Source: a virus. From it: 64,000 bases of DNA. A program made the translations under genes and the position numbers. Where the stretch lies: positions 32,001-96,000 of the IMG/VR virus record IMGVR_UViG_3300020421_003230; one strand, given 5' to 3'. Position 1 is the first letter of the stretch. The number at the start of each line of letters is the position of its first letter. A model generated the notes under the pieces. The model worked only from the letters and a program-made list of their open reading frames with translations. It was not told the origin of the DNA and searched no databases. Of the stretch, positions 1-10,430 are shown in pieces.

Positions 1-2
1 AC

Positions 3-1769
3 TTTTATATTGATAATCAATATCGTGAAACACTTTTACACTCTGCAGAAGAAAAGAAAAACATTTTTAAGATTGCACAATCATATGGATACAAACCAAA
101 ATTAAGTTCACCTGCAACTGCTATATGTTCTTTATCAGTACAGGTTCCTGCTATTCAAGTGGGTGATTCATATCAGGCAGATTTAAACTATGCTCCTACT
201 ATTGATGCTGATAGTACATTACAATCAACAGGTGGAACATCATTTAGATTAGTAGATGATATTAACTTCAAGGCATCAAGTTCATTAGATAATATGATTA
301 CTGAAGTATCACAAACATCTGGTACTAATCCAACACATTTTAAATTAACTAAATCTGCAATTGCTAAATCAGGAACAAAAACTTCTCAGAATTTTTCATT
401 TGGAAATGCTGTTAAGTTTGATAAAATTATTTTAAACAACAATGATATAATTGATATTATCAGTTGTGTTGATAGTAACGGAGATGAATGGTACGAGGTT
501 CCTTTCCTTGCACAAGATACAGTATTTAGTTCTATAGAAAATACAGATTTAAATAGTCCTGATTTATCTTCATTCAAAAAGGAATCACCATTTTTATTAA
601 AGTTAATTAAAACTTCTAAGAGATTTACAAGATATATTAGAAGTGATGGTAAAACAGAAATTAGATTTGGTGCTGGTGTTAGTAATAATGCTGATGAAGA
701 AATTATACCTAATCCAGATAATGTTGGTAGTTCACTTGGTACAGGTTTATCTAAACTTGATGAATCGTTTGACCCAAGTAATTTCTTGAAAACACAAACT
801 TATGGATTAGCACCAAGTAATACAACACTAACAATTACTTATACACATGGTGGTAGTATAAAAGATAATGCACCATCAAATACAATATCTAATTTAGATG
901 AAGTTAACTTCACAATAGATGAATCAGGATTAGATAGTACAGCTATTACTGATATGAAATCAAGTTTATCAGTAAACAATTCAACACCAGCAACTGGTGG
1001 TTCAAGTGGTGAAACTATAGAAGAAGTTAGACAAAATGCATTGGCATATTTTAATTCACAGAACAGAGCTGTTACTAAGGAAGATTATATTATTAGAACA
1101 TATTCCTTACCACAAAAGTTTGGTAACATTGCAAAAACTTATATTGTACAAGATGAACAATTAGAAGAATTTACTAATCTAATTATGCAAGATGGAAAGA
1201 TTGTAAAGAATGCAGGAAGTACTGCTATTCCAAATCCACTGGCACTAAATATGTATGTGTTGGGTTACGATGCAAAAAGTAATCTTGTTAGTTTGAATAG
1301 GGCAGTAAAACAAAATTTAAAAACATATTTATCTGAATATAGATTAATGACAGATGCGATTAATATTAAGAATGCTTACATTGTAAATATTGGTGTAAGA
1401 TTCTCAATCATTACACAACGAGGATTTAACAAGAACGAAGTATTATTACGATGTGTTGATGAGATGAAGAAACACTTTGATGTTAAGAAGTGGCAGATAG
1501 GGCAACCGATTATTCTAAGTGATGTTGCTTACAAACTTTCATTAGTGGATGGTGTGGCAAGTGTTGTTCCACCAGCAGATGATAATCCACAGAAACAAAT
1601 GGTTGTTATTGAAAATAAATTCCAAACTTCAAGTGGGTATAGTGGTCATGTATATGATATGCAATCAGCTACAAAAGATGGTGTGATATATCCATCATTA
1701 GACCCATGTATCTTTGAAGTAAAATTCCCGAACATAGATATTTCGGGTAGAGTAATAGGAGATATTTAA
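3..1769 (+). CDS. Baseplate wedge subunit, T4 gp6-like (5'-truncated by the window edge)
   Basis: Frame is open from base 3 (FYIDNQYRETLLHSAEEKKNIFKIAQSYGYKPK), upstream of the GTG at 159 used in the ORF track. gp6/baseplate-J type motifs: 'IRFGAG', 'ATGGSSGETIEEVRQNA', 'QNRAVTKEDY'. Confidence 0.85.
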   Translation, partial: FYIDNQYRETLLHSAEEKKNIFKIAQSYGYKPKLSSPATAICSLSVQVPAIQVGDSYQADLNYAPTIDADSTLQSTGGTSFRLVDDINFKASSSLDNMITEVSQTSGTNPTHFKLTKSAIAKSGTKTSQNFSFGNAVKFDKIILNNNDIIDIISCVDSNGDEWYEVPFLAQDTVFSSIENTDLNSPDLSSFKKESPFLLKLIKTSKRFTRYIRSDGKTEIRFGAGVSNNADEEIIPNPDNVGSSLGTGLSKLDESFDPSNFLKTQTYGLAPSNTTLTITYTHGGSIKDNAPSNTISNLDEVNFTIDESGLDSTAITDMKSSLSVNNSTPATGGSSGETIEEVRQNALAYFNSQNRAVTKEDYIIRTYSLPQKFGNIAKTYIVQDEQLEEFTNLIMQDGKIVKNAGSTAIPNPLALNMYVLGYDAKSNLVSLNRAVKQNLKTYLSEYRLMTDAINIKNAYIVNIGVRFSIITQRGFNKNEVLLRCVDEMKKHFDVKKWQIGQPIILSDVAYKLSLVDGVASVVPPADDNPQKQMVVIENKFQTSSGYSGHVYDMQSATKDGVIYPSLDPCIFEVKFPNIDISGRVIGDI

Positions 1770-2929
1770 TGCATTATTTTGAATACCCGATAACTGATAC
1801 AACAATTTATGAGGGAAATGTAACTTCATCAATCAATACAGGCTTAGACCAAATATTAGAAGTAGAGAAGAATATAAACTCTTCAGGTACTACTATTTCA
1901 GTATCTCGTATATTAATGAAGTTTGATTATTCTTATATTTCACAATCAATACAAGATGGTATTATTCCAAGTACTGCAAAATTCTATTTGAATCTATATG
2001 ATGCAAGTTCAGAAGAGTTGGCAGTAGAACAATCACTACATGCTTACATAATTAGTGGAAGTTGGAATGGTGGAACAGGAACCAAAGATAGGAGTCCAGC
2101 ACTAAGTGATGGTGCTAGTTGGAAGTATCGTGATAATGATACAACCAAATCTACATGGATGGGTGGAACCGATACTAATCAAGGTGGTAGTTGGTTTACA
2201 AGTTCTGTATCACAATACAATGTTAGTGCATCAGAAAATTTAGTTTATGAAACAAAAGATATAAGAATGGATGTAAGTGGTTTGGTTAAGAATCACATCT
2301 ATAGTGGTTCAACATATCCAAACAATGGTTTTATAATCAAGAGAGAAAATCTACACACATCATCAAGTAGATATTCTATCTTTGACCCTGCAACTGCTAC
2401 TGGTTCGGCTGAACATGATACGAATCCATTAGGACAACTAAAGTTTTTCTCAAGAGAAACAAATACAATCTTTCCACCTAAGTTAGAAATTGAGTGGGAT
2501 GATTCAAGTTGGAATACAGGTAGTTTAAGTGCTTTGGGTTCAACAGATTTAGAAAACTTAACAATTTATTTTAAAGGGTTAAGAGATGAATACAAACAAA
2601 ACTCAAAAGTGAAGTTTAGAATTGTAGGTCGTGAATTATATCCTACTCGTGGATTCGATACTACACCAGCAGCATTGACTGTTAAAACATTACCAAGTGG
2701 TAGTACATTTTATTCTGTGGTTGATTCTTTAACTGATGATGTATTAATACCATTCGGTACTGGCTCACTTGTAAGTTGTGATTCACAAGGAAACCAATTT
2801 AATTTATGGATGAATGGGTTTATGCCAGAAAGGCACTACAAATTCCAAATTAAAGTAGTGAGTGGAAGTGGAGCAGATGAAACTTCACAAGTATATGATG
2901 ATGGATTTGAATTTAAAGTGGTGAGATAA
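1769..2929 (+). CDS. Putative virion structural protein (DNRLRE-like beta-sandwich)
   Basis: 'DTTIYE...SRILMKFD...AKFYLNL...NNGFII...KFFSRE...PKLEIEW' pattern resembles DNRLRE/CBM96-like domains; coupled to gp6-like gene through TAATG overlap. Confidence 0.55.
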   Translation: MHYFEYPITDTTIYEGNVTSSINTGLDQILEVEKNINSSGTTISVSRILMKFDYSYISQSIQDGIIPSTAKFYLNLYDASSEELAVEQSLHAYIISGSWNGGTGTKDRSPALSDGASWKYRDNDTTKSTWMGGTDTNQGGSWFTSSVSQYNVSASENLVYETKDIRMDVSGLVKNHIYSGSTYPNNGFIIKRENLHTSSSRYSIFDPATATGSAEHDTNPLGQLKFFSRETNTIFPPKLEIEWDDSSWNTGSLSALGSTDLENLTIYFKGLRDEYKQNSKVKFRIVGRELYPTRGFDTTPAALTVKTLPSGSTFYSVVDSLTDDVLIPFGTGSLVSCDSQGNQFNLWMNGFMPERHYKFQIKVVSGSGADETSQVYDDGFEFKVVR

Positions 2930-2930
2930 A

Positions 2931-3227
2931 ATGCCTTATATAATTGCAGAACCATGTGTAAGTACTTGTGATACAGCTTGTGTTGAGGTATGTCCTGTTG
3001 ATTGTATTCATGGGCCTTTTGATAAAGAGGGTAGAGGTGAAGAAGCAAAAGCAGATGGATTTAATCCTGATGGGTTACAATTATATATCAATCCTGAAGA
3101 GTGTATTGATTGTGGAGCTTGTGAACCTGAATGTCCTGTAGAAGCAATCTTTGATGAAGATGAGATACCTGATGAGTGGAACAAATATATTAAATTAAAT
3201 TATGATTATTTTGGTGTGGAGCAATAA
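2931..3227 (+). CDS. Dicluster (7Fe/8Fe, FdxA-type) ferredoxin
   Basis: MPYIIAEPCxxxCDTACVEVCPVDCI and LYINPEECIDCGACEPECPVEAI, the canonical CxxCxxCxxxCP ferredoxin signature. Confidence 0.95.
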   Translation: MPYIIAEPCVSTCDTACVEVCPVDCIHGPFDKEGRGEEAKADGFNPDGLQLYINPEECIDCGACEPECPVEAIFDEDEIPDEWNKYIKLNYDYFGVEQ

Positions 3228-3712
3228 TGCCGTATACAATTAAACAAGCAAAGAAACAAGATTTCTATCGTAATGTTCAAGATGCAGATGAACAAAAACA
3301 TTTGAAAAGACTTGAGGAAGATAAGAAGAGAGCTCAGATATCTGGTTCTGCTATCGATGCAACTAATCCATTACGAGATGAGGATGGTTCATTACTATCT
3401 TATGAAGACCCTTTCAATATTTCAAGAAGTGGTAAACCAATATCATTAGAAGAACCATTTCAGTATGTAAGAATACCATTAACACAAAAATCATCTACCT
3501 ATAGTTTATTTTATAAATTTATAGATGATAAGAATAAGTTTAGTGAATTCTTACCAAACATAGTAGAAGAAGAAGAACCTGAAGTAACACCAGAAGAATT
3601 AGAAACATTAAGAACACAATTAGAAACTGATGTTGCAACACAACAAGAATTAAATACTACATTGGAAACTGAAATAGCAAATCTACAACAAAGAATACAG
3701 GACCTTCAATAA
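3227..3712 (+). CDS. Hypothetical protein with C-terminal coiled coil
   Basis: 161 aa; acidic heptad-rich C-terminus; TAATG-coupled on both sides. Confidence 0.7.
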   Translation: MPYTIKQAKKQDFYRNVQDADEQKHLKRLEEDKKRAQISGSAIDATNPLRDEDGSLLSYEDPFNISRSGKPISLEEPFQYVRIPLTQKSSTYSLFYKFIDDKNKFSEFLPNIVEEEEPEVTPEELETLRTQLETDVATQQELNTTLETEIANLQQRIQDLQ

Positions 3713-6700
3713 TGTTACAATACGGATTAACACCTAAAGATAAAGAACAATTTGAATCACCTAAAGAACTCTACACAGGTTTTGGTAGAGGACAGCGTGA
3801 TTATATTCATATCTATGTATATGATTCTGAAGATAAGTTTTTACAAGAAGAAATCTTTCCTGTAAGTGAGATTGATATATCAAGTGATGAAAGAGTTGCT
3901 GATATTGATGTTGGTACACATCTTCGTGATATGGGGTATACTGAAGGTCAGTACAAAGTTAAATATCTTTTCTTAAGAAGATTAGCTGGTAAAGACCAAA
4001 CCGTATTTGTAAATGATGAGGGATTCGTACATACAAATAAAGTTCAAACTAAATTAATAAATGGTGAAACAAAATATTATGCTACAAAGAAATTTGGTAA
4101 AAGACAATCACGACAAGAACTAAAACAAATATTTCCAAAAGAATTAAAATATGTTGTAAAGAAAATATCTTCGGATAGAACAGAGGTGGAAGTTGATACT
4201 CAAGAGATTCAAAATACTTTATACAATAAGAATTTTAGAGAAATCAATAAGATGATTAACTACACACCAACCATGTCAAGGTTGTTGCCAGGTGCTGGAA
4301 ACATTAGGTTTGATTTGACGGATAAGAATGTATTGATTGCGGAGTTGAATAGTGGTGATAGAGGATTTACGGATGATATGGTTGGTGGTATTATTACTAT
4401 CAAAAATGTTTATTCAATAGAGGCTCAAACACTTGAACCAACACCACCGCCACCACCACCAAGAGGTGTAGTACAACCATCACCTGAAAATGTTGAAGTT
4501 GTTAATCAACAATTAAATTCAGAACCAAGACCATTAATGGAAATGGTAGAAGAACAAGTACAAGATTATGAACAAGGTAATTTTGATGATGATAGATATG
4601 GTAGTGTTTGTTTTCATGGTGATACAAGAATTAAATTAAATAACAATCGTTCCATACCAATTAAAATGATTAAACCAGGTATGAGAGTAAAAACAGAATT
4701 AGGATATGCAAAAGTTCTTAAGGTTGTTAAAGATGGTAGACCTGATGGAGAGAAGTTGGTAAAGTTTGGTAGATTAATTACTACAGATAACCATCCAATT
4801 AAACATCGTGGTCAATGGCATTTAGCAAAAGAAGTTGGTACACAATTTAAATCAAATTCATTAGAAGTATGGAATTTAATATTAGATAAACATCATACAA
4901 TTTATGCTAACAATATAGTTAGTGCTACACTTGGTAAATGGAATAGTATAGAACATTTCTTACGAGTAAAAGATAATCGTATTAATATGTTAAGACCTAT
5001 GCGTGAAAGTGATAATGGTGATGGAACTTTTACTGAAGAGAGTATCCCACAATCAAATGCATATCTATCTGATAATGAAGTAGTTGTTAAAGATATACCA
5101 CCTACTGTCGATAGATTTTTTGTAGAAACTAAAATGTTTGAGGCTGCTGCACTTGGAACACCAATTCCAACACCAGAACCATCAACAAGAATCTCACTTG
5201 ATTATAAAGCAAAAATTGTAGAGGTATTAGATTACAATCGTGTTCGTGTTAACATCTCATATGAAGAGGGTGCTAACAAACAAGGACATAGTGGTGAAGA
5301 TAATGCTAATAAGATATTTGATGATGGGTTCATGGTTAACTTTACAAAATCAGATATTGTAAGATTAAATACTTACCTTGTTGTTAATGGTACTTATAAC
5401 TTAGTTACAAATACTATGGATAACAAAGATGGTAGTTCTCGTTATTTTAAATTATTTGATAAGTTACCTGATGAAGTAAATGAATTTGATTTATGTTATT
5501 TTGTAGAAGAGAAAATGGATTCATATAATGATGTAGTTAAGTTGGTTCCGTTTGTAGAGGATGAAGATGAAGTTTTATTTTTAAGACTACCTGATTTTAA
5601 TTCTGTAAGTAATCCTATTAGTATGAGGTCTACACACTTCAATACATTTAATGATTTGGTTGGTACAGATACAACTGTAAAACAAGATATACAAAATAAA
5701 GTTCTATCTTCAAGTTTATTAGATGTACAAGTAAATGTAGATTACACTAAGAGAACAGATATTATAGACCCATTGGTAAATGATTATGGGTTTGGTAATT
5801 TCATAATGTTTGGAAGTGCAGAAAAAAGAATACAAAATTTTAAAAAGAAAGTAGAATTAATTGAAACATATACATCATCAAGTTTATCGATAGCAAATGT
5901 TACAGGTTCTGCTAATACTAAACTTGAATTTGATAATAAGAAAAGAAGAGTAATAAATTCTTTTGACCCGTATGAAAATTTTCTATATTTTGAAAGTTCT
6001 TCATATGCCTCAAGTTCAATTGGAGAGTTCAATGATGCAAGTTGGCCAAAAGAAACTTCTACAGAACCTTACACTTTAGTTCACACAAGTGGTTCTAATG
6101 CTATCAGTTGGTTTAACACTTGGACTGGATATGCAAAAGATTATGATAGATTGAATCGTGAAAGATTAGTTAATAATTTACCACTTCATGTTAGTGCTGA
6201 TGTAGAAAATAATTTCTTCTTAGATTTTATGGATATGACTGGACAACAATTTGATGAGATATTTGTTTACTTAAGACACTTCACAGATATCAACGAAAGA
6301 ACAAGTAAGTTGAGTGAGGGTATCTCAAAAGATATTGTACAAGAGGTTGCTAAATCTATGGGAATAGATGTGGTGAATGGTAATGATTTATTAATCTTAC
6401 CGAAGTACCTATTAGGTAAAGATGCTGATGGTACAAGTTTATTTGAAACACCACAAGAAAAGGTAACGGAAGAAATATGGAAAAGAATTTTAGCTAACTC
6501 ACCTTTCTTCATGAAAACAAAAGGAACTAAGAGAGCATTAAAAGGATTAATGAATTGTTATGGTATACCAAGTACTATACTAAGAGTAAGAGAATATGGT
6601 GGGCCTGATAAAGGAACTGCTGTTAGTTATGATTTTAAAAGAAAGTTTACATATGCATTAGATTTTAAATCAAGTGAGTATTTAGAGTTGCCATGGAAAG

Positions 6701-8520
6701 ATGATTCTAATTCTATGAAACCACAAACTATTGAGTTTAGATTTAGAACACCTAAATCACAAGACCAAGTATTATTACACAAAGGTGTAGGTAATGATAG
6801 TTTTGCTATTCAGTTACAAGATAATGGAGAAACTGATGATTATGGTCATTTACAATTTGCACTTAGTTCTTCTGTAGGTGTTACTTATATTACATCATCA
6901 CTACAACCATTTTACAATGATGATATGTGGAGTGTGATGTTAACAAGAAAATCTTCAAGTGGTGCAGATTTAACTACAGATACTCATACACAAAAAATTA
7001 AATATGAATTAACAACAAAACAATATGATGCCACAAGAGAAGTGATACTTCACCAAACAAGTGAAAGTGTTGTATTAGATGGTAGTACATCAGCCAATGC
7101 TTATAATAATGGATTTGTTACAGATGGTAATATCTATCTTGCTGGTAGTGGTAGTTCAGGATACTTTACTGATTTTAGTGGTTCACTAATGGAGTTCAGA
7201 TTATGGAACGAACATATTTCACAAAGTGTATTTGATAATCATGTAAGAGCACCAAAATCATACAATGGAAATACAACATCATCATATTATGATAATTTAC
7301 AATATAGATTACCATTAGATAATAATGTTAATTTAAATTCAAATCCAAGTGGAGCATTAGATGTTGCAAATGCTAAGTTGTATCACACAAGTGCAAGTGC
7401 TCATGGATTTAGTGGAAATCAATTTAGAAGTTTTGTTGATAAAGAACAAATGAGAGTTCCTAATCTTGGGCCTCAAAGAAGAAATGCTACAAAGATTAGA
7501 ATTGAAGATACAACATTAAATGGTTCACTATCATCTAATGTTCGTAGGGAAGCCTCATCACAAGATTTTGCACCAATTGATAGTAATAAGTTAGGAATTT
7601 ATTTTTCACCATCGGATGTTGTGAATGAAGATATTATTTATTCGTTAGCTGATTTTGATTTTGATAATCAAGTTGGTGACCCAAGAGACCAATATAAATT
7701 ATCTTACAGAGGATTACAATATGCTCAAGATAATTATTGGAAAAAATATGATAGAACTAATAACTTTTGGGATTATATGAGAATCATAAACTTTTATGAT
7801 AATAGTTTATGGACACACTTAAGAAAGTTATCACCAGCAAGAGCTAACACTACATTAGGTTTATTAATAGAACCAAATATTTTAGAGAGAAGTAAAGAGA
7901 TTGTAGGTCAACCACCTGAATTTACAAATGAGTATTTTGAAAATGCAGGACACTTTGATTTTGGAGTACAATTAACTTCAAGAGAAACAAGTTCGTTTGG
8001 GCATGTACCATTTAGTTTCAATGGTGAGTATAGAATGTTTGGACAAAGTGTTACAGATATGAAAGATGGTAGAATTAATTTACATAATACTGAGAGTGGT
8101 TCTCTTGGTAGTTTAGGTTTACCATCATTGGTACATTTAAATGAAATAAATCCAAGAAGTGAATTTAGTACTACATATGCAACTGCAAGTATTACATTTG
8201 GTGGTACAACAACAGAGTTTGTTGAAACCGTACAACCTTTCATTAGTGCCTCAAGAGTATCAGAACACAATGAGATTAAAAGATTATTTTTCACGAGTTC
8301 AATTGATGCCAATACTAATAATCCAGAGAGTTCATCTTTCGAACCTGCTGAGTTTCAGAGTATGGCATATGAATCAAAACTTTTTAGACTTTTTTATAAA
8401 GGTCAATTATTAACAAAGGATAATACAATAGATGGAAAAGACCCTGTCGAGATAACTATAACTTCACCAACAAAACTTGTAACACAAGAGCCTGGTGAAA
8501 GTAAACTTAAAGTTGAATAA
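3712..8520 (+). CDS. Large baseplate/tail protein with internal Vint-type Hint domain and LamG-like domain
   Basis: Hint region aa ~300-408 (CFHGDTRIKL..TTDNHPI..VWNLILDKHHTIYANNIVSATLG). 'KTKGTKRALKGLMNCYG' resembles baseplate/tail-I type motifs. LamG-like 'TIEFRF...FSGSLMEFRLWN'. Structural gene context. Confidence 0.7.
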   Translation: MLQYGLTPKDKEQFESPKELYTGFGRGQRDYIHIYVYDSEDKFLQEEIFPVSEIDISSDERVADIDVGTHLRDMGYTEGQYKVKYLFLRRLAGKDQTVFVNDEGFVHTNKVQTKLINGETKYYATKKFGKRQSRQELKQIFPKELKYVVKKISSDRTEVEVDTQEIQNTLYNKNFREINKMINYTPTMSRLLPGAGNIRFDLTDKNVLIAELNSGDRGFTDDMVGGIITIKNVYSIEAQTLEPTPPPPPPRGVVQPSPENVEVVNQQLNSEPRPLMEMVEEQVQDYEQGNFDDDRYGSVCFHGDTRIKLNNNRSIPIKMIKPGMRVKTELGYAKVLKVVKDGRPDGEKLVKFGRLITTDNHPIKHRGQWHLAKEVGTQFKSNSLEVWNLILDKHHTIYANNIVSATLGKWNSIEHFLRVKDNRINMLRPMRESDNGDGTFTEESIPQSNAYLSDNEVVVKDIPPTVDRFFVETKMFEAAALGTPIPTPEPSTRISLDYKAKIVEVLDYNRVRVNISYEEGANKQGHSGEDNANKIFDDGFMVNFTKSDIVRLNTYLVVNGTYNLVTNTMDNKDGSSRYFKLFDKLPDEVNEFDLCYFVEEKMDSYNDVVKLVPFVEDEDEVLFLRLPDFNSVSNPISMRSTHFNTFNDLVGTDTTVKQDIQNKVLSSSLLDVQVNVDYTKRTDIIDPLVNDYGFGNFIMFGSAEKRIQNFKKKVELIETYTSSSLSIANVTGSANTKLEFDNKKRRVINSFDPYENFLYFESSSYASSSIGEFNDASWPKETSTEPYTLVHTSGSNAISWFNTWTGYAKDYDRLNRERLVNNLPLHVSADVENNFFLDFMDMTGQQFDEIFVYLRHFTDINERTSKLSEGISKDIVQEVAKSMGIDVVNGNDLLILPKYLLGKDADGTSLFETPQEKVTEEIWKRILANSPFFMKTKGTKRALKGLMNCYGIPSTILRVREYGGPDKGTAVSYDFKRKFTYALDFKSSEYLELPWKDDSNSMKPQTIEFRFRTPKSQDQVLLHKGVGNDSFAIQLQDNGETDDYGHLQFALSSSVGVTYITSSLQPFYNDDMWSVMLTRKSSSGADLTTDTHTQKIKYELTTKQYDATREVILHQTSESVVLDGSTSANAYNNGFVTDGNIYLAGSGSSGYFTDFSGSLMEFRLWNEHISQSVFDNHVRAPKSYNGNTTSSYYDNLQYRLPLDNNVNLNSNPSGALDVANAKLYHTSASAHGFSGNQFRSFVDKEQMRVPNLGPQRRNATKIRIEDTTLNGSLSSNVRREASSQDFAPIDSNKLGIYFSPSDVVNEDIIYSLADFDFDNQVGDPRDQYKLSYRGLQYAQDNYWKKYDRTNNFWDYMRIINFYDNSLWTHLRKLSPARANTTLGLLIEPNILERSKEIVGQPPEFTNEYFENAGHFDFGVQLTSRETSSFGHVPFSFNGEYRMFGQSVTDMKDGRINLHNTESGSLGSLGLPSLVHLNEINPRSEFSTTYATASITFGGTTTEFVETVQPFISASRVSEHNEIKRLFFTSSIDANTNNPESSSFEPAEFQSMAYESKLFRLFYKGQLLTKDNTIDGKDPVEITITSPTKLVTQEPGESKLKVE

Positions 8521-8535
8521 AACTTGAGCAAGTAT

Positions 8536-8543
8536 ATATTTAT
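8536..8543 (+). promoter_or_regulatory. Putative phage promoter motif ATATTTAT
   Basis: The (A)TATTTAT motif recurs in nearly every intergenic gap of the window (8536, 11479, 20061, 21568, 26467, 41774, 42862, and on the minus strand at 26437). Confidence 0.6.
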
Positions 8544-8588
8544 CTATGAGGTTTTCTATCTCAAACAAATCTAATAGGAGTAAAAAAC

Positions 8589-9404
8589 ATGGGATTTTTA
8601 AATAATACAAGCGTAACCGTTGATGCTGTTCTTACCAAAAAAGGTCGAGAATTGTTGGCAAGAGGGCAAGACGAGTTCAAAATCACAAAATTTGCATTAG
8701 CAGATGATGAGATTGATTATAGTTTGTGGGATGTAGCACATCCTAATGGTTCAAACTATTACGGTGCAGTGATTGAGAACATGCCATTGTTGGAAGCTTT
8801 TGTTGATGAGAATCAAGTGATGCGATATAAGTTAGTTTCTTTACCTAAGAATACTGCTAAACTTCCAATACTTGAAGTCCCATCACCAAACTTGAATTTC
8901 AACGGGCCTGGTATAACTCAAACAATTACACCAAACACAAGAAATGGTAGTGATAACGAAAGTGGATATAACTTTATTCTTCATGATGCAACAATTGCTA
9001 ACTTAACACCAGTTATTGTTAAGACGAAGAAAAAGAAATCTAAAAAGAGTGTACCGAAAATATCACCAGCTCAAATGGCTAATGTGATGAAGTTTGGTGC
9101 AGGAGCTATGACTGGAACATTTAATTCTAAGTTCAGTTCAGGTATTTTGCCTCCACCATTACAAGAAGAATTCTTGGTACAACAAGAAATCGAAGATTTA
9201 CAATTTAACACAGGTGCGACCACACCAGTATTTGTAAACGAAGAAGAAAGAAAGAGTTCTATTACCTTAAGTGGTAAATCAGTTAACCTTGTTTCTCGTT
9301 CAGTAACTACAGATACTTCAACAAATGTAACCGTGATTGGTTTAGATAGTGGGGCTACTTTCAATGTGGCTGTAACTATTAAAGCTGACCCGAGTAGATT
9401 ATAA
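8589..9404 (+). CDS. Virion structural protein (baseplate/tail-collar type)
   Basis: 'MGFLNN..TVDAVLTKKGRELLARG..FKITKFALADDEIDY' N-terminus as seen in large-phage baseplate-region proteins; AGGAG RBS. Confidence 0.65.
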   Translation: MGFLNNTSVTVDAVLTKKGRELLARGQDEFKITKFALADDEIDYSLWDVAHPNGSNYYGAVIENMPLLEAFVDENQVMRYKLVSLPKNTAKLPILEVPSPNLNFNGPGITQTITPNTRNGSDNESGYNFILHDATIANLTPVIVKTKKKKSKKSVPKISPAQMANVMKFGAGAMTGTFNSKFSSGILPPPLQEEFLVQQEIEDLQFNTGATTPVFVNEEERKSSITLSGKSVNLVSRSVTTDTSTNVTVIGLDSGATFNVAVTIKADPSRL

Positions 9405-9414
9405 GGAGTAGGAG

Positions 9415-10419
9415 ATGTCAGTATTTACAAGATTTGATAGAGAAAATGATGTGGTGGAAAACCAAAGAACTAAGGTATCAAGTGGTATCTTTAGTGGAGG
9501 AAGTGGAACTTTAACAGCTTTCTTTAGTTCATCTAATGCTGGAGCAGTAAGTGCTTCTTATGTTAGTGTGTACAATAAAGCAACTTCTGATTCAACATCT
9601 GAAATTCAATTTGATATTGGATATGCAAATTTGAATGGAAGTGGTTCTGCTGGTAATACTACAAAATTAAATACAGGTGGTAGAGAAACTGCTGCTATGT
9701 ACAGACAATTTAGAAATGTATTATTAGCACCTGATACTTCAAGGTTTACATTCACAGGAGCCTCAAGTGGTTCTGAAGACTTTTACTTTGTTGCTTTCAA
9801 TCGTGCTCGTATGAGAGAAAAGATTGACCCAGGTAATTGGGAACTAAAAGTTGGTACTACAAAACTAATTGATGATAGTGGTGCAACTAACAATCCAACT
9901 GTTAATGAGGGTGGAAGAGTATTTAATATTGTTTCAGGTTCATTAGAAACAGGTAAGGGTGTTATTAAAACTGCAGCTGCTTCTCAACCAGGTGGATGTT
10001 TTGGTAGTTTCTATCCTGATTTAGGAATCATATTATTAGATGCTTCTCAAATGGATGCAAGTGCTTCATTTGGTACAAGTAGAAGTCCAGATACATTTGA
10101 TAACAATGGGGCTAAGTTCTTTCAGAAACTTTCTGATGGTAGTAAGTTCCAAGTAAGAAGAGAAGAAGAAATTAATTCGACTAACTTCTTCTGTAGGGTT
10201 AACAACAAAAGATATAACTTTAGTGCTAATCCAACATTCTTCACAGGTTCAGATGGGGCGTTTACAAATGCTACATTCTTTAAAGACCCTAAAGTTTATA
10301 TAACAACTGTAGGTCTTTATAATGATGATAATGAATTATTGGCAGTTGCTAAACTAAGTAAACCAGTATTAAAATCATACTCAAGGGAAGCTATTATTAA
10401 GGTTAAACTTGACTTCTAA
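9415..10419 (+). CDS. Virion structural protein (baseplate region)
   Basis: C-terminal 'YITTVGLYNDDNELLAVAKLSKP..K..IKVKLDF' motif, shared with the next gene; Ser/Gly/Thr-rich. Confidence 0.65.
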   Translation: MSVFTRFDRENDVVENQRTKVSSGIFSGGSGTLTAFFSSSNAGAVSASYVSVYNKATSDSTSEIQFDIGYANLNGSGSAGNTTKLNTGGRETAAMYRQFRNVLLAPDTSRFTFTGASSGSEDFYFVAFNRARMREKIDPGNWELKVGTTKLIDDSGATNNPTVNEGGRVFNIVSGSLETGKGVIKTAAASQPGGCFGSFYPDLGIILLDASQMDASASFGTSRSPDTFDNNGAKFFQKLSDGSKFQVRREEEINSTNFFCRVNNKRYNFSANPTFFTGSDGAFTNATFFKDPKVYITTVGLYNDDNELLAVAKLSKPVLKSYSREAIIKVKLDF

Positions 10420-10430
10420 GGGAAAGTAAA

